From assembly GCF_001194135.2 (NCBI RefSeq), contig NC_068981.1:7325898-7389897 (forward strand): a stretch of DNA of 64,000 nt. Direction: 5' to 3'. This document shows, one piece after another, positions 1 through 12,553 of this stretch (positions are counted from its first letter, which is position 1; every line of letters begins with the position of its first letter). Position numbers and translations under genes: made by a program. This DNA comes from Octopus bimaculoides. Taxonomy: Eukaryota. Under the pieces are notes generated by a model. That model made no database searches, was not told the DNA's origin, and saw nothing but the letters and a program-made list of their open reading frames with translations.

Positions 1-38
<38 letters not shown>

Positions 39-532
39 TCCCTTTGCACAGCTTCTGACACTGGAGATGTACTACAGTATCAGCTGTTCACTACCAGTGA
101 ACTAAGGTAACACCTTTCATTTTTCAAGCACCTTCCGGAGTATTCGAGCAGTTCCAAGCGGGTGATGTTTTCTGCAAGTGCTCCACCCTTATTGCAGCCC
201 CTATTTGTTCCACATACTTCTCGAGATTTTTGCTAACTGTTCCCAGGGCTGCGACAATCATTGGTACTACTGCTACCTTTTTTATCGACCACAACTGTTT
301 AACTTCCCAAGCTAACCTGTCATATCTCTCGACTTTTCTTTCTTCCATATCGTATACCTTGTTGTCAGCTGGGCATGCTATATCTATGATCCAGCATAGT
401 TTACTTTCTTTCTCAATTAACACTATGTATGGCTTCCTATTCTCTATCTCATGGTCGCACTGAATCATAAAATCCCATAGGATCTTTGCATTATCATTTT
501 CGATGATGCCTTCGGGTTTATGGTCGTACCGA
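39..532 (-). mobile_element. 5'-truncated R4/Dong-like non-LTR retrotransposon: C-terminal restriction-like endonuclease (RLE) domain, 3' UTR and (GAT)n tail
   Basis: Translation ENDNAKILWDFMIQCDHEIENRKPYIVLIEK...WIIDIACPADNKV...KVERYDRLAWEVKQLW...VPMIVAALG matches the RLE PD-(D/E)xK region; the catalytic KPD reads KPY. Bounded by (ATT/ATC)n at 530-645 and (ATC)n at 1-38. Confidence 0.9.
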
Positions 533-551
533 ATTATTATCATCATCATCA

Positions 552-643
<92 letters not shown>

Positions 644-645
644 TT
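530..645. repeat. (ATT)n/(ATC)n microsatellite
   Basis: Seen directly. Confidence 0.98.
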
Positions 646-1173
646 CCTCTACGGAAACAATGAGTCTCGCCATCACCGGAGCGTGAATAATGGACTCTTT
701 CGATGTCAGCAACGTTGAACAAGAATAATCTGCACCAATAAAGCGATACACAAGAACGCAAAAACTGATTCCCTTGAAGAATAAAGAACAATTATCCATG
801 AAATACCTGAGATCTTGATTTAATCAGAAATACGACGGGATTATAATCTAAATCCAGTGAGGCACTCAGACAACACGGATCAGAGGAGAAATAAGAAATG
901 GTAGAATATTAAAAGGTCCACGTTGCGATAACAGGAATCCCTTGATGCAATGGCATCACGTCTCTGTTATCGCCCACAGTGGAATGGTTCTTAGGAAAAT
1001 TGAAATATTTCACAAGTCAATATTCGATGCCGATAACACAATCAATAAATATTGGCGCTGATTTCGAAGTAAGATGGCGACTTTTAGAGAAATAACTGTA
1101 TTCTCGACATGTTTCAGAGAGAAACATACTGAGATGACGGTTATGTGAGTGTGTGTGTGTGTGNNNNNNNNNN

Positions 1174-1243
<70 letters not shown>

Positions 1244-1416
1244 TGAGAGAGTGTGTGTGTGTGTTAGTGTATGCTTATGTGTGTGTGTTTGTTTGTGTGT
1301 ATGTACGTATGCTTGAATAATTCTATGTATGATTTCAAAACTATATCGCTGTTCTTTATTTCATGCACCTTGGACGCATGGCATCATAGGTAACATTTCA
1401 TTTCTTTTCCGGTAAT

Positions 1417-1450
<34 letters not shown>

Positions 1451-1605
1451 GATGATGGTCATGGTGATGATGATGATGATGATGATGATGGAGATGATGG
1501 TATGGTGATGATGATGATAATGATGAAGATGATGGTCATGGTGATGATGATGATGATGATGATGAAGATGATGATGATGTTGATGATGATGATGATGGTG
1601 ATGAT
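1417..1605. repeat. Imperfect (GAT)n microsatellite
   Basis: Seen directly; source of the His-rich ORF artefact 1361-1699. Confidence 0.95.
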
Positions 1606-1689
1606 AGATTTGTCGAAGACGACGTATTACCGTTGAGCTTTTTGCTGAATAACCTGCACAACTGAAATTGTTTATAGTGATGAAACGTT

Positions 1690-2945
1690 CGTGCCGCACA
1701 TTAGATCACTCAAATCCACGTTGTCGTACCTTTTCGCACCTTCATTCCTATTCTCTTCCTCCAGTTTGGTTCTTTCTTTTCATTTGCTTCTATATCGTCC
1801 TTTTTTTCGCTTGTAGTTTGCTCTGTTAGCTACGGCATTAGCTGCAACTATGATTGGCTGGTTTGTTTCCCTGACATTTTCTGTTTTAATCAAGCTTAAA
1901 ATGTCATTTATTTTGCCGTGTGGTTTTCCTCATTTGTTTTCTGTCCATATATCTTATATTTGGATGTACTTCATTGTTTCTATCAGACATTTTACCTCGC
2001 AACTTTTCCAAAACTTCCTTCTCGTCATCATTCAAGTCATGTGCAGTACTTACTGTCATTTGTCCATCTAGATCAGTGGTTCTAAACCATTGTTTTCATC
2101 TGTGGACCCCTTTGATTACTATTTTACTCTGGTGGACCCCTATACTCATTCAATGTTTAAAAACTAGTTTTATAGATACTTCTCCCAAAAGTCCTATTTT
2201 ATTTTTTCACTCATTAAGAGGTTGAAGTTTGTAAAATGTTTGAGAAAGAAACCTGTTTCTTGCAATATATACCAATGCATACATCTAAAGCAAAAGTTTT
2301 TCGGGGCCTTAAAATTTTAAGGACCTTAAAATAATATTGTGGATCCCCAATTTACTATTTTATTGTGTTGACCCCCTCCTCCTAAATTTTTTATGGACTC
2401 TCAGAGGCCATAGGGACACTGCATGAAAACCCCTGATTTAGATCGTCTTCATTAGTTACTTTATCAGTATTCTCTGGTACTCTGCCGTTTCCATCTGTTT
2501 CATGTTCTTCATCTCTTATCCATTCATTACCGCTTTCTGCTACAACTCTTTCTCTCTCTGCTTCTGCTCATTTTATTATGTTTCTCTGAATTCCTTCAAT
2601 TTCTATTCCCGTAATCCAGTCCTTCCTACGTATTGTTCTTGCTTGGCTTATCAGTTGCTGGACGGATGCTTCAAAACCTCCCTTTTCATCCCATATTCTC
2701 TCGTCATTCCATTCATGAAACCTCTTTTATTTCGTTCACTTCTCAGCCAGCATTCTATTACTGTTTTGTTTCCTTCTTTTTCCCATTTCATTCTTTGTCT
2801 TTTGCACTTTTGACTGCGATTTTCTTCCTAATCAGCAGCTTGATGACAACCTACCAAATCTCGATCAGATACTCCCTGCCTGCCGTGCACCACAACTTCA
2901 TTGTTAACAGTTCGAGTCCCGTTAGCGCAGTTGCGGTTATTATTT
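1690..2945 (-). mobile_element. Degenerate N-terminal ORF region of an R4/Dong-like LINE, interrupted by a hAT MITE
   Basis: Manual minus-strand translation gives RMKWEKEGNKTVIECWLRSE.NKRGF, then IWDEKGGFEASVQQLISQARTIRRKDW..IEIE, then YMDRKQMRKTT...NDILSLIKTENVRETNQ, then KKEPNWRKRI. These resemble the N-terminal Myb-like and pre-RT region of R4/Dong elements. The frame rejoins (NEDDLDGQMT) when the MITE is removed. Confidence 0.75.
2074..2435. mobile_element. hAT-Charlie-like MITE
   Basis: Termini CAGTGGTTCT and AAAACCCCTG are imperfect TIRs. Flanking 8-bp TSDs ATCTAGAT (2066-2073) and ATTTAGAT (2436-2443) fit the NTCTAGAN Charlie preference. Confidence 0.85.
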
Positions 2946-2989
2946 AATCCTGACATCACTCATTGAGAGGTAGCATTTGTAAGGTTGTG

Positions 2990-3160
2990 CAATCCCCAGT
3001 ATTTTTATCGTGACACCATCACTAAGTGGGTTGCTAGCCAAGGCTACGAGAGTCTACACCTACCTCTGTGTACACTGTTTTAAGTGCCAATCTCGTTCAA
3101 TCCATTGTTTGATATCTTTGTATTTGACATTTTCACTCCTGAGAATGTTGGTGTTGAGGT
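2990..3160 (-). mobile_element. Highly degenerate RLE-LINE C-terminal fragment
   Basis: ENVKYKDIKQWIERDWHLK resembles the EK..KY.DL..EI.RMW.LK motif of the other RLE copies. Confidence 0.45.
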
Positions 3161-3355
3161 GTCTGTAGAGGGGTTACCGGAAAAGGCTGAAGGGATCCCT
3201 CCTCTCATGATACAGGCATAATCCCACCAGATGCCGACCTGGTATTTCTAGGTCTCAGGGTGGCCTTACAGGCACTACATTTTATGCCCAACGGTGACCA
3301 GAAGGTAGTTGTACTTAAGAGTAATCTTGTTCTTCCCAGGTCGTGACCGGATGCA

Positions 3356-3460
3356 GTTCTTCTTCTTCTTCTTCTTCTTCTTCTTCTTCTTCTTCTTCTT
3401 CTTCTTCTTCTTCTTCTTCTTCTTCTTCTTCTTCTTCTTCTTCTTCTTCTTCTTCTTCTT
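3356..3460. repeat. (TTC)n microsatellite, then an N gap, then (TAA)n/(TAG)n to about 3922
   Basis: Seen directly. Confidence 0.97.
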
Positions 3461-3823
3461 NNNNNNNNNNNNNNNNNNNNNNNNNNNNNNNNNNNNNNNN
3501 NNNNNNNNNNNNNNNNNNNNNNNNNNNNNNNNNNNNNNNNNNNNNNNNNNNNNNNNNNNNNNNNNNNNNNNNNNNNNNNNNNNNNNNNNNNNNNNNNNNN
3601 NNNNNNNNNNNNNNNNNNNNNNNNNNNNNNNNNNNNNNNNNNNNNNNNNNNNNNNNNNNNNNNNNNNNNNNNNNNNNNNNNNNNNNNNNNNNNNNNNNNN
3701 NNNNNNNNNNNNNNNNNNNNNNNNNNNNNNNNNNNNNNNNNNNNNNNNNNNNNNNNNNNNNNNNNNNNNNNNNNNNNNNNNNNNNNNNNNNNNNNNNNNN
3801 NNNNNNNNATAATAATAATAATG

Positions 3824-3908
<85 letters not shown>

Positions 3909-4680
3909 ATAGTAGTAGTAGTAAAATCATTATTTTTATAATTAATCCTTTAAAATGTCTCTGACATTAGCCTGGGACACGTACTCTGTGTGAAATGCCC
4001 AGAAAGCAGACCGAAGGCAAGAAATCAATATTAACTCTGAACACCACATGGTTAAGGCTTCACACTTTGGCACCGGACGACAATCAATGAAAATGGTAAA
4101 AAAAACAAACAAACAAACAGAAACAAACAAACAAAGAAAAAGGAAAACTCCAAGTCAATAAAAGATTATTTTAACATTATCACGACTTCCGGATTCTCAG
4201 GTTGAGCTTGTTTGCATTGAAATCCCCTGCTTTGGGTCAGATTTCAATTGAATTTTCAGGATAACTGTTTTACAAAATGTTTAAATCATGGCGGCGGAAC
4301 AGCGTTGTCTTGCGGTTGGAAAAGATAAACAACGTGTCTAAGAATAATGATTAGTTCTCCATCTACCTAACCAGAGAATTGGTGTGCTTCTTTTCTACCA
4401 ATATTTCCTGCTGTTTTGCGGGTTGCATACTTTACACCTTTGAAAATTAACATTGACAACATAACTTGTTGTTGTTGTTATTGTTGCTGTCTGTTTTGTT
4501 GTTGTTGTTCTTAAAAACATTTTTTGACAGACAAAATGTTTGGCAGTATGAGCTACTTTTTTTTATGTTTTGACCACCAAAGCATAAGTACCAGTCATAT
4601 ACTTGTCTCAATTTCTTTGAGAGTGCATTTTCATGAAATTTGTTTCATCAGTGCTAATAATAATAATAATAATAATAATA

Positions 4681-4916
4681 ATGGGAACTGCCCATATCCT
4701 ACGTAAAATACTGTTTATGTGATCTCAAATTTTAAAACAAACACATAATTTTCTTATGGTTTCTTAAACATTCTCTAGAACAACACTATGTACAAATCCA
4801 AATATATGGTACCCTAGGCATAACACCTACATGAACTTCTAACTTGTTGTCTCTTGAGGTCTCTGGGTGAGACTTGGATCCAACTTGTACAATTGCAAAA
4901 CAAGAGTCAAACATAA

Positions 4917-4920
<4 letters not shown>
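4681..4920 (+). mobile_element. Extreme 3' end of an R4/Dong-like LINE (last codons plus 3' UTR) between two (TAA)n tracts
   Basis: 4681-4722 reads MGTAHILRKILFM*, the typical RLE-LINE ORF terminus. (TAA)n lies at 4655-4682 and 4918-4990. Confidence 0.8.
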
Positions 4921-4990
<70 letters not shown>

Positions 4991-4993
<3 letters not shown>

Positions 4994-5200
4994 TAGTGCC
5001 CTGGAAATGATCAAGAAAGGTGCTGACAATTTTTTTGACCATATCTCTGAGAAACCAACAATCTGTGAGATTCAAAGAATTGTGTTGACATCAACCACCC
5101 ACATTCTTAGGAAGTTTCTCTGTCTAATATATATGTGCCTTACTTAGGTGACTGGTTGAAACCCGGTCAGAAGATGAAATAAAATGCAAATCAATCGGAA
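4991..5200 (+). mobile_element. Second 5'-truncated R4/Dong-like LINE 3' end, in the (TAA)n tail of the previous copy
   Basis: Reads ALEMIKKGADNFFDHISEKPTICEIQRIVLTSTTHILRKFL, then a 3' UTR and a (GAT)n/(TAA)n tail. Confidence 0.8.
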
Positions 5201-5919
5201 AATGATGATGATGATGATAGTAATAATAATAATGATGATGATTACAACAAGGAAAGTGCTGCCCTTGTTGTTCTTGATGGTAATTTGCCATTGCTGTAAT
5301 CGGTTTTAATGTAATTCATAAAAGTTTTGTTATTTCCTCTCAATATTGTTTCCCTAATTCTCTTTGTTCTTAACCATCTCTCCTCATCATACACCATTTT
5401 CTTTTTCTGGCAAAGAACTACCGACCGAAACGTCTAACTCCTTACATTCCCTCACATCATAATACATCGACTTATGACTCTCCTAATTCTTTCTAATTGT
5501 TTTGTTTCTCTGGTTGTAGTTCTTTTTTTTCTCTCTTATCGATTTGATCCATAAAATGTGATCCCTGGATCACATTTCAGGGGGATTTCTCCACTCCTTC
5601 AGGCAAATCTATTCACTGCTACCCTTATTTCTATAAATTCTTCTGATGTTCGCACACGTTGAACCGTAGTATAATTACTGGTACGGTCTTTGTTGTTGTT
5701 ATTTCCGTAGCTAGAGTTGTTTTTGTAGTTATTGTTTACTTGTTACTGTTATTGTTGTTTTGCTGCCACCGTAGTTGAGGTTGTTGTTATTTTTCTTTAG
5801 CCCCAGGTCAACCTTAATCCAGTTGACCTATGATCAAAGCCTAAAATTATTTGCGTCTTCATCTTCTTGTTCTTTATTCAAGGAAACTTGTAAGAAGTAA
5901 TTTCTATTTCAAGAGTCTC

Positions 5920-6047
5920 ACTTTATTCAAGTGGATGAAAGGTCAAGTCCGAATCCGTAGGATTTGAATTGAGGATCTATATAGCCGGAAGAAATGCCGC
6001 TAAGCATTTTGTCCGACACGTTCACAATTATGCCAACTTCCAGCTTT
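5920..6047 (-). mobile_element. Degenerate 5' part of tRNA-derived SINE family B
   Basis: Similar to 9497-9730 (GGATGAAAGG...GATTTGAA...GCTAAGCATTT). Confidence 0.55.
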
Positions 6048-6069
6048 AATGATGGTGATGACGATCATG

Positions 6070-6159
<90 letters not shown>

Positions 6160-6164
6160 TTTTA

Positions 6165-6493
6165 CTTCTCAGAGCTCTCGGTCTTACTTGCTCTGGTTGA
6201 TTCTGTGAGAGTGGACAGCAACCTGTTGTCAGAAGTCTCAAAGGGTCTCTTTCCGCAAATTATAAGCTTTGGTACTTCGATGTAAACTTATTGTGGAAGA
6301 GTGTCAACACCCAAGTAACATTGTCCAAATCCTAGCTGTCCCCCAATAGGACAATTTTGGGGGACCTGCTCTGCCTTCATGTCAATTCTAATTTCTCTGA
6401 CATATTTCTCGAACTTGGTTGTCAGTTCTCCGAGTGCCCCTACAAGTACGGGAGATAACAGTTACTCTCCTCATTTCCCACATTCTTGCAATT

Positions 6494-6498
<5 letters not shown>
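6165..6498 (-). mobile_element. 5'-truncated R4/Dong-like LINE 3' end bracketed by (TAA)n
   Basis: Reads EIARMWEMRRVTVI..LVGALGELTTKFEKYVREI...KIVLLGTARI (frameshifted). (ATT)n lies at 6071-6165 and 6497-6541. Confidence 0.85.
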
Positions 6499-6541
<43 letters not shown>

Positions 6542-6608
6542 GTTAAGAGATTAAGCTGAGCTTTGTCTCGCTTAGAAAGGATTTGTTGGATTTAAAACAA
6601 CATGTATG

Positions 6609-6640
<32 letters not shown>

Positions 6641-7180
6641 TGTATGTATGCATGTATGTATTTATGTATGTATGTGTGTGTATGTGGGGGGGGGGCACAC
6701 GCTTCGGTATATATATACATATGAGGGTGTGCATCTTTTGTGACAGGGATTATTCGTTTGGCGTTTGTGTTTGCTATTTATTCTTTGTTGTTTTTTACCA
6801 CATCTAACATATAAAGAACCAATTAGAAGTTTGTTTAGATAGAGAAGCTAGGAACGCATTTCGGATTTTACTTTCGCCATTGGCAATATTGTAAAAATAT
6901 CGATCATAAATTTCCACTAATCGTTAGTAATGGAAGTGACTGTCTGGCACGTAACGTCCTCTCAATGGAAGAATTAAAATGTCTGAATTCACCCTTTCTC
7001 TATTTTAGTCGACGTAAGACGAAAATGGTGGACAAAAAAAAAGAAAGAAAGAAAACGAAGCAATATGTCGCTGTTAAAACACACGTACCTAATAAAAGCA
7101 GATGTATATATGTATATATGTATGATTGTGTATATATATGTACACATATATATACATGCACGTATATGTAAACATACATG

Positions 7181-7268
<88 letters not shown>
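7181..7268. repeat. (TA)n microsatellite
   Basis: Seen directly. Confidence 0.97.
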
Positions 7269-7272
<4 letters not shown>

Positions 7273-7779
7273 CATGCATATGTGTATATATATTTATTAC
7301 ATACATTTGTGTGTATATATATGCGTGTTTGTGTGTGTGCGTGCGCGTGCGTGTTTATTTTTGCTTAGTTCTCTATTTTGTCGAGGAGGAAATTGCAATT
7401 CTAAAGTCCATGCCGTTTCCCAAGAGCATCAGCAGCATAATTGAGAAGAATTAATTTCAGTTGGTAATTGAAACCGGCTTCACGGTGTCAGTTTAACGAG
7501 ATCTCTCCACTTTATAGAGGAAGATACTGCCTTAGTTGTTGCTGTTGTTGTTGTTGTTGTTGAGCCCATGTCAGAACTTATCGCGTATGCTTTTCCTAAC
7601 CTTGCCACGCCGTCATTTTTTTCTTTTTGCATTCAAGAGCATGTTAATGTATGTTAATTTATGTGTGTGCGTCTGAGTTTCTTTTTGTGAAGTAGAAGTG
7701 ATACACAACAGGATTTGATGCTTTTTTCTAGCAGTTCGAATGCTCGCCTAGAATCTCTCTTATTGGCTCTTTATTCTTG

Positions 7780-7925
7780 TTGTTGTAGTAATATTTAGCC
7801 CCAACCATGGCTAAATTGTCTTTTTACTCATCTGGGACTACAAAAACAGACATGTCCTTTCTTTTTGAAGTCAGTGAGTTGATAGTGGAGGGAGAATTAG
7901 CTGCAATTTCTAGCTGATCACCCTG
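7780..7925 (-). mobile_element. Degenerate SINE-like family E fragment
   Basis: TTTAGCCCC and TAGCTGCAATTTCTAGC motifs are shared with 13400-13900 and 46370-46525. Confidence 0.5.
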
Positions 7926-8276
7926 TTAGTTTTGCATTAGTGGTGTTATTGCTCCATATGGCGCTGTTGTAAGAAAGATATTGTTGATAATATTCTAGGT
8001 GTGTTTGATCCATATGTTATTGTGGAAGGGTCCCCATTGTTCTTAATATACTTACTGAGTCCTTCTGCTCCTTGTCGAGCTTTACTTGCTCTCGGCTCTG
8101 GGATGTCATTTTCTGCATCTCTGCTGTTAAACCCTGCTTGCCCAGCTCTGCCCCTGTATCCTGCCATCCCCGAGGGAAAGCCTTCATCTCCCGGTTTTTG
8201 TTGGTTTTCGATTGTCATCGAGGTTACTGTAACTTTGCCTTTTGTCTATGTAAGGGTGTTGGTCCTACTGAAACCA

Positions 8277-8390
8277 TTTTTTATATCTGAGAAGAAGTGG
8301 TCCCTATTAGCCTGGCATCTGCTCTTTGACCTATTAGCCTGGCCTCTGCCCTTTGACCTATTAGCCTGGCCTCTGCCCTTTGACCTGTTT
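8277..8390 (-). promoter_or_regulatory. Three 27-bp tandem repeats each carrying a DR1 nuclear-receptor-like element, 35 bp upstream of a TATA-like box
   Basis: Unit CCTATTAGCCTGGCCTCTGCCCTTTGA at 8303, 8330 and 8357. The minus strand reads AGGTCA-A-AGGGCA twice and AGGTCA-A-AGAGCA once; ATATAAAAAA lies at 8277-8286. The repeat is certain, the function is inferred. Confidence 0.45.
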
Positions 8391-9284
8391 AGCATGAAAG
8401 GCCGTACGAGGGGCTTGCGCTCCGCTGCCTTATTTCTCAAGGTCATCGAGACATACGAATCACCACGCAGCAACAAATTTGGGCCCTGTACACGATATTA
8501 ATGATATGCTGGGATTATATTTACACCTTTATTCTGTCGTCGTTTCGTAATGAGGAATATGCTGATTGCAATATTGCCTCTTCAGTTTGGCACAATGGCA
8601 CAGATTCAGGGTAGGGAACTGATATGACCATCTCCACTGGTCGGCTTGTTACTCTATATTGTCACTTACTATGGTGAAAGACAATGTTAACCAGAACAAG
8701 GTTCTAACTCTCAATATATAAGAAATATATCAAAATACACAAGGTATATTTTTATGATGCTCAACCTATTCTACCGAATGCATCGCTCTTTCAGTACAAC
8801 GAATGAACCGTTTTCATGCATCAGTAAAGTAATAAGTTGTTGTTTTTTTTTAAATCATTATTCGCCATTTTATTGTTTCCATCTTGAATTCTGATAAAGT
8901 TATTTCATTTTGCCGATAAATCATTAATAGATTAAGTTTCGATCACATGGGGGAAATAAATTTCAGCTTTATCAACCAAATTCTATTGTGAGAGAGGAAA
9001 ATGATTTATAAGAATGACAAAACTGACTTGCTACCTTCTCAGCGTTTCATCATCTTATATTTATTCCTGAATTCTATGAGTGGCCATTCTATGTTGTATC
9101 TCAGAAAACAGGGAAAAACAAAGACAAGTCTTAAAAGAGATAGAAATACAGAACTGCTATGATGTATATCGAAAGTTTCTTTAGAACGTCTGCTGCTGCT
9201 GCTGCTTCTGGGGTGAAAAAAGTCATTCATGAAACATCAGCAATATTTTAGAAGTGAAATTTTTAGAAATATTGGCGCTGGGCG

Positions 9285-9417
9285 CTTAAGAAGCTCGCTT
9301 TGCAAAGAGGAGAATTTCTGGTTCGGTCCCACAGCACAGCACGTGTCTTCTACTATAGCCTCGGTTCGAATGTCTTGTGACTGAATTTGATAAAGGAAAC
9401 TATGTGGAAGCCTGTCG

Positions 9418-9450
<33 letters not shown>

Positions 9451-9975
9451 ATGTGTGTATGAGTGTGTGTGTATCTATGTGTGTGTATGAGTGTGTTATC
9501 TCTTTGCTACCCACAAGGGGCTACACACAGAGGGGACATACAAGGACAGACAAACGAATTAAGTCGATTATATTGACCCCATTGCGTAACTGGTACTTAT
9601 TTAACCGATCCCGAAAGGATGAAAGGCAAAGTCGACCCCGGCGGAATTTGAACCCAGAACATAGCGGCAGACGAAATACCGCTGAGCATTTCGCCCGGCG
9701 TGCTAACGTTTCTGCCAACTCGCCGCCTTATGTGTGTGTATGAGTGTGTGAATCTATGTGTGTGTATGAGTGTGTGTATCTATGAGTGTGTGTGTATGTG
9801 TGCCTTTATGCCTATGCTTGTCCCTCCCATCACAACCACCTGACAACCGGTATTGTTTTGTTTACGTCGTCCAGAAAAGAGACCGATAGAACAATTAGTA
9901 CTGGGGTTGATCTGATCAAATAAAACTCTGCAATCCATGGACGACGCAATCCAATGACTGAAACAAGAAGACGAT
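9285..9975 (+). mobile_element. tRNA-derived SINE family A (internal TA/TG microsatellite) with a nested family B SINE
   Basis: GTCTTCTACTATAGCCTCGG, AAAAGAGACCGATAGAA and AATGACTGAAACAAG blocks are shared with 12426-13035 and 63408-63677. Confidence 0.8.
9497..9730 (-). mobile_element. tRNA-derived SINE family B, full length
   Basis: Minus strand has a tRNA-like head (AAGGCGGCGAGTTGGCAG...GGGTTCAAATTCC), central CCTTTCATCCTTTCGGGATCGG...AAGTACCAG and a distinct 3' tail. Confidence 0.9.
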
Positions 9976-11362
9976 AAAAGATAATAGAAGCCTGAAATCA
10001 GACCCAAACATCCACAATGCCCCACGTAGTCAACATGTGCCAATCCTAGTTATGGTTCTTACAATGATATTGAACTGATTTCAGTAACATAGACTGGGAT
10101 TCAGAAACAACGGCGTACCAAACCGAAATTAAGTTATAGTAAACATTAAGCAAATTATGGATTACGGGCGCTGTCCCGCCTTCTCAGGTGTAACTGAAAG
10201 ACAGCCACCATTTCACTGGTTGCATAACACGTATTCCTGTGTCTCAGTATTTGTTTCTATGTAAATATAGTTTCTATGAACACACTCTGCCTTGTAGATA
10301 TGGCTACAATACAGCTATATTTTATGTTTAAAACCTCCAATTGTCACGATTAAACGTTCAGAAAATAGATTCAAATATATATTTCGCCTTAAATGTTAAT
10401 TGGATTTCAGAACGCTCCGACACGAAAACAATTTTCTCATTTTCTCGGCTGTAAAAATTCATATCAAGTATTATTGCTTAGAAAGTCATTTCCCTATCAT
10501 GATAACAAAACAAATTGCTTTACAGCTTCTTCTTTTCTTCCTAGATTATTTTATCTTTTGTTTTAGTTTTCATATCACAAATATAGACTTTCTCTTTCTA
10601 TCTACTTTTTAATAGTGATTATACCGCAAATTGCTCTCTTCTTCCGAATCTATGTTTTCACTTGTAAAACTTTAATTAGATATTACGGAGTTTTCAGAAT
10701 TAAAGCGAGTTGGAATGAAACGTGCTTCTTGTTTTGCAATATTGCTCCAGTGTTCTTTATTTTCCACTGGACTATTTGCTTTGGTGGTTATTGGCAATTC
10801 CAAAATCACAACCATTCTATATTCTATAAATATGTTATACAAGGCTAACTCAATGCGTTATCTGTAAATCCTGTTAAAGCTATATCATATATATGTATAT
10901 ATATATATATATANNNNNNNNNNNNNNNNNNNNNNNNNNNNNNNNNNNNNNNNNNNNNNNNNNNNNNNNNNNNNNNNNNNNNNNNNNNNNNNNNNNNNNN
11001 NNNNNNNNNNNNNNNNNNNNNNNNNNNNNNNNNNNNNNNNNNNNNNNNNNNNNNNNNNNNNNNNNNNNNNNNNNNNNNNNNNNNNNNNNNNNNNNNNNNN
11101 NNNNNNNNNNNNNNNNNNNNNNNNNNNNNNNNNNNNNNNNNNNNNNNNNNNNNNNNNNNNNNNNNNNNNNNNNNNNNNNNNNNNNNNNNNNNNNNNNNNN
11201 NNNNNNNNNNNNNNNNNNNNNNNNNNNNNNNNNNNNNNNNNNNNNNNNNNNNNNNNNNNNNNNNNNNNNNNNNNNNNNNNNNNNNNNNNNNNNNNNNNNN
11301 NNNNNNNNNNNNNNNNNNNNNNNNNNNNNNNNNNNNNNNNNNNNNNNNNNNNNNNNNNNNNN

Positions 11363-11432
<70 letters not shown>

Positions 11433-11541
11433 GTATGTATACTGCTATAACAATATCTCACACATATACGCGCACACACAGACACGTACATACATGCACG
11501 CATTCACACATACATATGTATACAGAAAGAGAAAGAGAGAG

Positions 11542-11596
<55 letters not shown>

Positions 11597-12261
11597 TGAG
11601 AGAAAGGGAGAGAAGAGAGAGAAGAGCGAGAAAGAGAGAGAAAGATGGCTACATTATGTGCAAAATATTTCTAATTTTAAGGTTTGGCATGGCAGATAAT
11701 TCTGCAAAATTTGACAAAAGGTGTAGAATTGTGTTATAAAATAAGATTATCTATTTTGGGAAGCGCCGAGATTAGAAATCTGATTTAGATTTTTGTCTAT
11801 CATCTTAAGAAATCGAGGAAATCTATGTAGATGTCAGTCTTCATCTTTGAGACTGATTTAGAAAATTAGAAAATAAACATTCTAATATCTTCTGCTAATG
11901 ACAAATATGTTGAGAATTTCAACTCCTAAAAAATATTGTCCAAAACAAGAAATGATTTCTGAGTAGATTATTATTAAATGATGTACAACGAATATCTTTT
12001 ATAATTTGCACACTTGAAACAACCTTATATAAAATTACCGGTGTGTATAACAGCATAACTGTATAACATTTAAAATGTGTATATAAATCGTAGAATAACA
12101 CAAATTGTGATATTCTCTCTCAGAGAAACATCTCAAAGAGACTTTCAGAACAAGCATTGTCAGCTTAACTCAGAATGTCCGAGTTATTCGTCAATGNNNN
12201 NNNNNNCCCTCCCCAAAGATTTAGGCCTTGTGCCTAGAGTAGAAAAGAATATTATTTTATT

Positions 12262-12428
12262 CATTTAGGTTTACATGCTTACACTTCTATCGCCTTCAAA
12301 GTATTCTCCATTTGAAGCAATGCATCGATCCAGACACATTTTCCACTGTTCGAAGTAGAGCTGGAACTCTTGTAAAGTGATGCCTTTTAATACCTCTGTC
12401 ACTTTTTCTTCACCACTTTCACATCTGC
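12262..12428 (-). mobile_element. Mariner transposase C-terminal fragment
   Basis: Translation DVKVVKKKVTEVLKGITLQEFQLYFEQWKMCLDRCIASNGEYFEGD matches the mariner C-terminus (W..R..KCI..NGEYFE). Truncated by a family A SINE. Confidence 0.85.
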
Positions 12429-12520
12429 AAGTGTCTTTTATTGTAGCCTCGGGCCGACCAAAGCCTTGTGAGTGGATTTGGTAGACGGAAACTGAAAGAA
12501 GCCCGTCGTATATATGTATG

Positions 12521-12553
<33 letters not shown>

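Noticed and set aside
7944-7975. Primer-binding site or TSD that would confirm an LTR at 7965-8492
   Set aside because: No matching 4-6 bp flanking duplication, and the TGG-containing motifs do not match a tRNA 3' end I can identify.
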